Below are positions 36,751 to 40,991 of a stretch of DNA of 40,991 bases, in pieces (positions within the stretch are counted from its first letter, which is position 1; every line of letters begins with the position of its first letter). The position numbers were made by a program, and so were the translations under genes. The DNA is from a virus (lineage: Duplodnaviria; Caudoviricetes), in IMG/VR virus record IMGVR_UViG_3300017784_005923, positions 1 through 40,991 of that record; one strand, 5' to 3'. The notes beneath the pieces were generated by a model, which was not told where the DNA came from, made no database searches, and was given only the letters and a program-made list of their open reading frames with translations.

Positions 36751-37479
36751 ATGTATTTACAGGAGTTTGTTGATCAAAAACTCACTTACAAATATCACAA
36801 TAAACTTAATCCTAAATTTTGGTCTAATACTAAATTAGATTCCAAAGTTAGAATGAGATTAATTCAAATTGCAAGGGAGTGGGCAAAATTTTCTAAAATT
36901 CCCGAATCATCAATTAGAGATATAATTTTTGTAGGTGGTAATGCTAATTATAACTATACAGAATTTTCTGATATAGATCTTCATTTAGTATTAGATAAAA
37001 GTAAACTTCCAGATTGTCCAGATCTTATAGATGAATTCTTAAAAGATAAAAAACAACTGTGGGCATTAACTCATGATATTAAAATTTATAATCATGATGT
37101 AGAATTATATGCTGAAGAAGAGGGTCTGAAAAGGCCAACAAATCAAGGCGTGTATTCTGTGAAATATAGTAAATGGTTAGTTCTTCCAAGGAAATTATCA
37201 ACTCAAATTGACAAAACCTTGTTAAAAGGAAAGACTCGTGCTATGATGGATAAGATAGATTTCCTTATCCTCAACAAATCAGATGACTTAGATGAATTCA
37301 AAAAATTAAAGGAAAAAATTAGAGAGATGCGTTCATCAGCAATTCGTAAAGGTGGTGAATTTTCTATTGAAAATTTAGTATTCAAAGAATTGCGAAATAG
37401 AGGATATCTTGAAAAATTATCAAGTTACATTACAAAAATAGAAGATCGGAGTTTATCTCTAGAAAATTATGACTATTAA
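36751..37479 (+). CDS. Pol-beta-superfamily nucleotidyltransferase-like protein
   Basis: hGG.ANYNY...SDIDLH motif and a third acidic residue in VELY. ATG 36751 is preferred over GTG 36694, which lies inside the RNA element. Confidence 0.78.
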   Translation: MYLQEFVDQKLTYKYHNKLNPKFWSNTKLDSKVRMRLIQIAREWAKFSKIPESSIRDIIFVGGNANYNYTEFSDIDLHLVLDKSKLPDCPDLIDEFLKDKKQLWALTHDIKIYNHDVELYAEEEGLKRPTNQGVYSVKYSKWLVLPRKLSTQIDKTLLKGKTRAMMDKIDFLILNKSDDLDEFKKLKEKIREMRSSAIRKGGEFSIENLVFKELRNRGYLEKLSSYITKIEDRSLSLENYDY

Positions 37480-37879
37480 GATTACTATGCTCAAGTCTGG
37501 AGAAGACATTATTTCAGATGTTCATGAAGTAATACTGCCCGACGAAAATGGATTAGATAAGGTAGTTGCGTACAAACTTACAAAACCTTATGTTGTAAAA
37601 ATAACAGAACCGAATCTTTTATTAGAGAGTGATCAAGAAAAACGATCTGGGGTTTCTGTATTATATTATCCTTGGGCTCCTTTGTCCACTGATAAGGAAT
37701 TTTTTATTCCCACAGATTGGGTTGTAACCCATTATAATGCACATTCAGATATTATAAATTCCTATTTGGAGAAAAAAGATGGACGAGGAAATGATCGATA
37801 TGATGGAGGAACTGGAGGAGAATCCAGAGAAAGTAACAAAGTGTATCTTGCTGAGGAATCATTATTGGTTGATAACTGA
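37469..37879 (+). CDS. Conserved hypothetical protein (putative Sm-like fold)
   Basis: LKSGEDII.DV.E...Y.L.KP..V...PW.PLS.D..F.IP.DWVVT pattern. Confidence 0.78.
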   Translation: MTIKITMLKSGEDIISDVHEVILPDENGLDKVVAYKLTKPYVVKITEPNLLLESDQEKRSGVSVLYYPWAPLSTDKEFFIPTDWVVTHYNAHSDIINSYLEKKDGRGNDRYDGGTGGESRESNKVYLAEESLLVDN

Positions 37880-38168
37880 GGTTCAGGAATTAACAATTGA
37901 TTATGAATTGAATTTACCTAATTGTAAATTAATTAAACCTTATCAAATTGATACTACATTTGATTTTAAGAATCGTTCAGAGGTTACTTCATTTGAAGAT
38001 GCGCCTACTGTAAAAATTGGAAACAGTTTACCTCAATGCAAATATGAAATTTATCCTTGGAAGGAGTTTACGAATGATGACGAAATTTTAATTTTCTCTG
38101 AGTATATTGTTACAATAGTAGAACCAAAACCAGAACTTTTGGAAGCATACATCCAAGCAACGGAGTAA
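37779..38168 (+). CDS. Conserved hypothetical protein (putative Sm-like fold)
   Basis: LI.E..E......P.CKL.KPY...PW...T....I......I.TI.EP...L.E.Y pattern, directly before gp43. Confidence 0.72.
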   Translation: MDEEMIDMMEELEENPEKVTKCILLRNHYWLITEVQELTIDYELNLPNCKLIKPYQIDTTFDFKNRSEVTSFEDAPTVKIGNSLPQCKYEIYPWKEFTNDDEILIFSEYIVTIVEPKPELLEAYIQATE

Positions 38169-38174
38169 TTTAAT

Positions 38175-40670
38175 TTGAGATTTTATACTAATGTTCAGAT
38201 GGTTGGCGATGACTTTCTGGTTCGTGGATATGATAATGGCACACATTTTATTAATAGGGAAAAATATTCACCAACTCTTTTTTTACCTTCAAATAATAAA
38301 ACCGAATATAAAACTCTTGAGGGTCACTATGTAGAACCAATTCAACCTGGTTCTGTAAAAGACTGTAGAGAGTTTTATAAAAAATATAAGGATGTGGAAA
38401 ACTTTAACATCTATGGAAATAGTAGATACATATACCAATATATTTCTGATCAATATCCTGAAGATGAAATTAAGTTTGATTTAAGTAAAATTAAACTTGT
38501 GACTATTGATATTGAGGTTGCTTCTGAAAATGGATTTCCTACTGTAAAAGAATGTATTGAAGAAATTCTTGCTGTAACCATTCAAGATTATAATACTAAA
38601 AAAATATTTACTTGGGGAATTGGTCAATTTAATAATACAGATCCTAATATTCAATATTTTGAATGCTGGAATGAAAAAGAATTATTAAATAAATTGTTAT
38701 TATGGTTGGAAAAAAATCCCCCAGAAGTAATTACTGGATGGAACTGTTCTCTTTATGATATTCCATATGTAATTGGCAGACTTGAGAAAGTTCTGGGTAC
38801 TAGGGAAATGAAAAGAATTTCTCCTTGGAAACTTGTTACTCAGGATGAAAAGTATATTAAAGGACAAAGCCATATTATATGTGATATTGGTGGAATTACT
38901 ATTCTAGATTATCTTGAATTGTATAAGAAGTTTACTTATATCAATCAAGAAAGATATTCTTTGGATCACATTGCATTTGTTGAACTTGGTGAGAAAAAAT
39001 TAGATCACACTGAGTATGAAACTTTCAAAGAGTTTTATACCAAAGATTGGCAAAAGTATATTGAATACAATATTAAGGACGTGCAACTTGTAGATCGTCT
39101 TGAAGATAAAATGAAACTTATTGAACTTGCTATTACAATGGCATTTGACGCTAAAGTCAATTTCAATGATGTATTCTATCAAGTGAGAACTTGGGATGCT
39201 ATTATATACAATTATTTGAAGAAGAAAAATATTGTTATTCCTCCCAAAGAAGATACATCTAAAGATGATAAGTATGAAGGAGCTTATGTAAAAGAACCAG
39301 TTCCAGGAATTTATAATTGGGTTGTAAACTTCGATTTAAATTCACTGTATCCTCATCTTATTATGGAATTCAACATAAGTCCGGAAACACTTGTGAATGA
39401 AAAACATCATTCAATTTCAGTCAACAGTGTTTTAAATCAAACCTTTAATTTTGATATAGAAGAAGACTATTCTATATGTCCTAATGGAGCAATGTATCGG
39501 AAAGATGTTTATGGATTTCTCCCTCAACTTATGCAATCAAAATATGATGAACGTGTAAATTGGAAAAAATTACAACTTGCCACTGAGCAGGAATATGAAA
39601 ATACTAAAAATCCAAAATTAAAAAATACTATTGCTAAAGCAAAGATTTTTCAATTAGCAAAGAAAATTCAATTAAATTCTGCTTATGGTGCTGTAGGTAA
39701 TCAATACTTCAGATACTATAAATTAGAAAATGCTGAGGCAATTACAACATCTGGTCAAGTTGCAATTCGTTGGATTGAAGCAAAACTTAATAAGTATATG
39801 AATAGAATTCTCAAAACTGAAGATGTTGATTATGTTATTGCTTCTGATACTGATTCTGTCTATCTTCATATGGGGCCTTTGGTTGAAAAAGTATATCAAG
39901 GAAAAGAAAAAACTAATAATAGCGTTGTTTCGTTTCTCGATAAGATCTGTAAGGTAGAACTTGAAAAGTATATTGAAAGTTCTTATGAAGAATTGGCAAA
40001 ATATTTAAATGCATATCAGCAAAAAATGCAAATGAAACGTGAATGTATTGCTGATCGTGGAATTTGGATTGCCAAGAAGAGATATATTCTTAATGTGTAT
40101 GACAGTGAAGGTGTTCGTTATAATGAACCTAAACTAAAAATGATGGGTATTGAGGCAGTTAAATCTTCAACTCCAGCATCATGCCGTCAGATGATTAAAG
40201 ATGCACTTAAAGTTATTATGATAGGCACTGAAAGTGACATGATTAAATTTATTTCTAAATGCAAAAGTGAATTTATAAATCTCACTCCCGAAGAAATTTC
40301 ATTTCCAAGATCTGTATCAGATGTTGTGAAGTATAGAAGCATAAATCAAATTTACTCAAAAGGAACTCCGATTCATGTTCGTGGGGCACTTCTATATAAT
40401 CATTACATTAAACAGGGTGGGCTTGACAAAAAGTACGCTTTGATTCATAATGGAGAAAAGGTGAAATTTTGCTATTTGAAAAAACCAAACCCAATTCATG
40501 AAAATGTAATTTCATTTATTCAAAAATTTCCCGTTGAGATTGGAGTAACACCTTACATTGATTATGAGTTGCAATTTGAAAAATCATTTCTAGATCCACT
40601 TAAATCCATTCTTAGTTGTATTGGATGGGATTACAGAGAACGTACAACATTAGAATCATTTTTTGTATAA
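38175..40670 (+). CDS. gp43: Family B DNA polymerase gp43
   Basis: Exonuclease motifs DIEV, GWN...YD and YN..D; polymerase motifs DLNSLYP, K..LNSAYG, SDTDS and KKRY. TTG start. Confidence 0.98.
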   Translation: MRFYTNVQMVGDDFLVRGYDNGTHFINREKYSPTLFLPSNNKTEYKTLEGHYVEPIQPGSVKDCREFYKKYKDVENFNIYGNSRYIYQYISDQYPEDEIKFDLSKIKLVTIDIEVASENGFPTVKECIEEILAVTIQDYNTKKIFTWGIGQFNNTDPNIQYFECWNEKELLNKLLLWLEKNPPEVITGWNCSLYDIPYVIGRLEKVLGTREMKRISPWKLVTQDEKYIKGQSHIICDIGGITILDYLELYKKFTYINQERYSLDHIAFVELGEKKLDHTEYETFKEFYTKDWQKYIEYNIKDVQLVDRLEDKMKLIELAITMAFDAKVNFNDVFYQVRTWDAIIYNYLKKKNIVIPPKEDTSKDDKYEGAYVKEPVPGIYNWVVNFDLNSLYPHLIMEFNISPETLVNEKHHSISVNSVLNQTFNFDIEEDYSICPNGAMYRKDVYGFLPQLMQSKYDERVNWKKLQLATEQEYENTKNPKLKNTIAKAKIFQLAKKIQLNSAYGAVGNQYFRYYKLENAEAITTSGQVAIRWIEAKLNKYMNRILKTEDVDYVIASDTDSVYLHMGPLVEKVYQGKEKTNNSVVSFLDKICKVELEKYIESSYEELAKYLNAYQQKMQMKRECIADRGIWIAKKRYILNVYDSEGVRYNEPKLKMMGIEAVKSSTPASCRQMIKDALKVIMIGTESDMIKFISKCKSEFINLTPEEISFPRSVSDVVKYRSINQIYSKGTPIHVRGALLYNHYIKQGGLDKKYALIHNGEKVKFCYLKKPNPIHENVISFIQKFPVEIGVTPYIDYELQFEKSFLDPLKSILSCIGWDYRERTTLESFFV

Positions 40671-40676
40671 AAAACT

Positions 40677-40991
40677 ATGGACTTTTTAAAAGATATTGTA
40701 AAAGAAATTGGAGGAGAATACACGCAACTGGCATCAGAAATTGATGAAACTGAAACTTATGTGGATACTGGCAGCTACATTTTTAACGCTCTTATATCTG
40801 GTAGTATCTTTGGTGGTGTATCTGGTAACAAGATCACTGCAATTGCAGGGGAAACTTCTACTGGAAAGACTTTCTTCAGTCTTGCCGTCGTTAAGAATTT
40901 CCTTGATAATAATCCTACTGGATACTGTTTGTATTTTGATACTGAAGCAGCAATCACAAAATCCCTTTTGGAAGGCAGGGGAATTGACACA
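40677..40991 (+). CDS. uvsX: UvsX (RecA-like) recombinase, 3'-truncated by the window edge; absent from the ORF track
   Basis: Hand translation gives MDFLKDIVKEIG...DTGSYIFNALISGSIFGG...AGETSTGKTFF...YFDTE, including a Walker A motif. It follows gp43. Confidence 0.93.
   Translation, partial: MDFLKDIVKEIGGEYTQLASEIDETETYVDTGSYIFNALISGSIFGGVSGNKITAIAGETSTGKTFFSLAVVKNFLDNNPTGYCLYFDTEAAITKSLLEGRGIDT

Noticed and set aside
37768-37782. AAAAAAG slippery-like site that might fuse the two Sm-like ORFs
   Set aside because: The downstream ORF is in the +1 frame rather than -1, and I saw no stimulatory structure.
9277-40670. Introns or inteins in gp17, gp20, gp23, uvsW, gp46 or gp43
   Set aside because: The ORFs are continuous, of ordinary length, and lack intein or homing endonuclease motifs.
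1684-40990. All minus-strand ORFs in the track (e.g. 3152..3646, 11525..12118, 29220..29525, 40775..40990)
   Set aside because: Each lies antisense to a well-supported + strand gene, shows no recognisable motif, and is explained by codon bias of the sense gene.
1-40991. Stop-codon reassignment or tRNA genes
   Set aside because: Core genes translate full-length in the standard code, TAA, TGA and TAG all act as stops, and no intergenic gap showed a cloverleaf.

Overview
AT-rich segment of a T4-like myovirus genome, most consistent with a cyanophage (Kyanoviridae-like). All convincing genes are on the + strand. The order is: 3' end of a large virion protein, fibre genes, gp13-gp14-gp15-gp16-(insert)-gp17-gp18-gp19-gp20-(gp67-like)-gp21-gp22-gp23-gp3-uvsY-uvsW-gp55-gp47-gp46, a vWA/peptidase plus MoxR/CobS-like AAA pair, gp45-gp44-(two inserted genes)-gp62-regA-hsp20-(nucleotidyltransferase)-gp43 and the 5' end of uvsX. 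T4-type late promoters (TATAAATA), sigma70-like promoters and intrinsic terminators are visible. The most interesting non-core signals are: (1) an HNH-like gene and a DruA/DUF4338-like gene splitting the clamp-loader genes, a possible phage DNA modification/nuclease cassette; (2) a ROSE-like RNA thermometer in the hsp20 leader; (3) an abiF-like structured RNA followed by a Pol-beta-family nucleotidyltransferase; (4) late-expressed modular proteins punctuated by gp21-type cleavage sites, possible capsid-cargo polyproteins; (5) a self-nested domain duplication in the tail sheath; (6) a twice-repeated promoter-plus-terminator element; (7) a near-consensus antisense promoter overlapping the gp55 promoter. 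No tRNA, CRISPR array, intron, intein or reverse transcriptase was seen. Family assignments come from motif recognition and synteny, not database searches.
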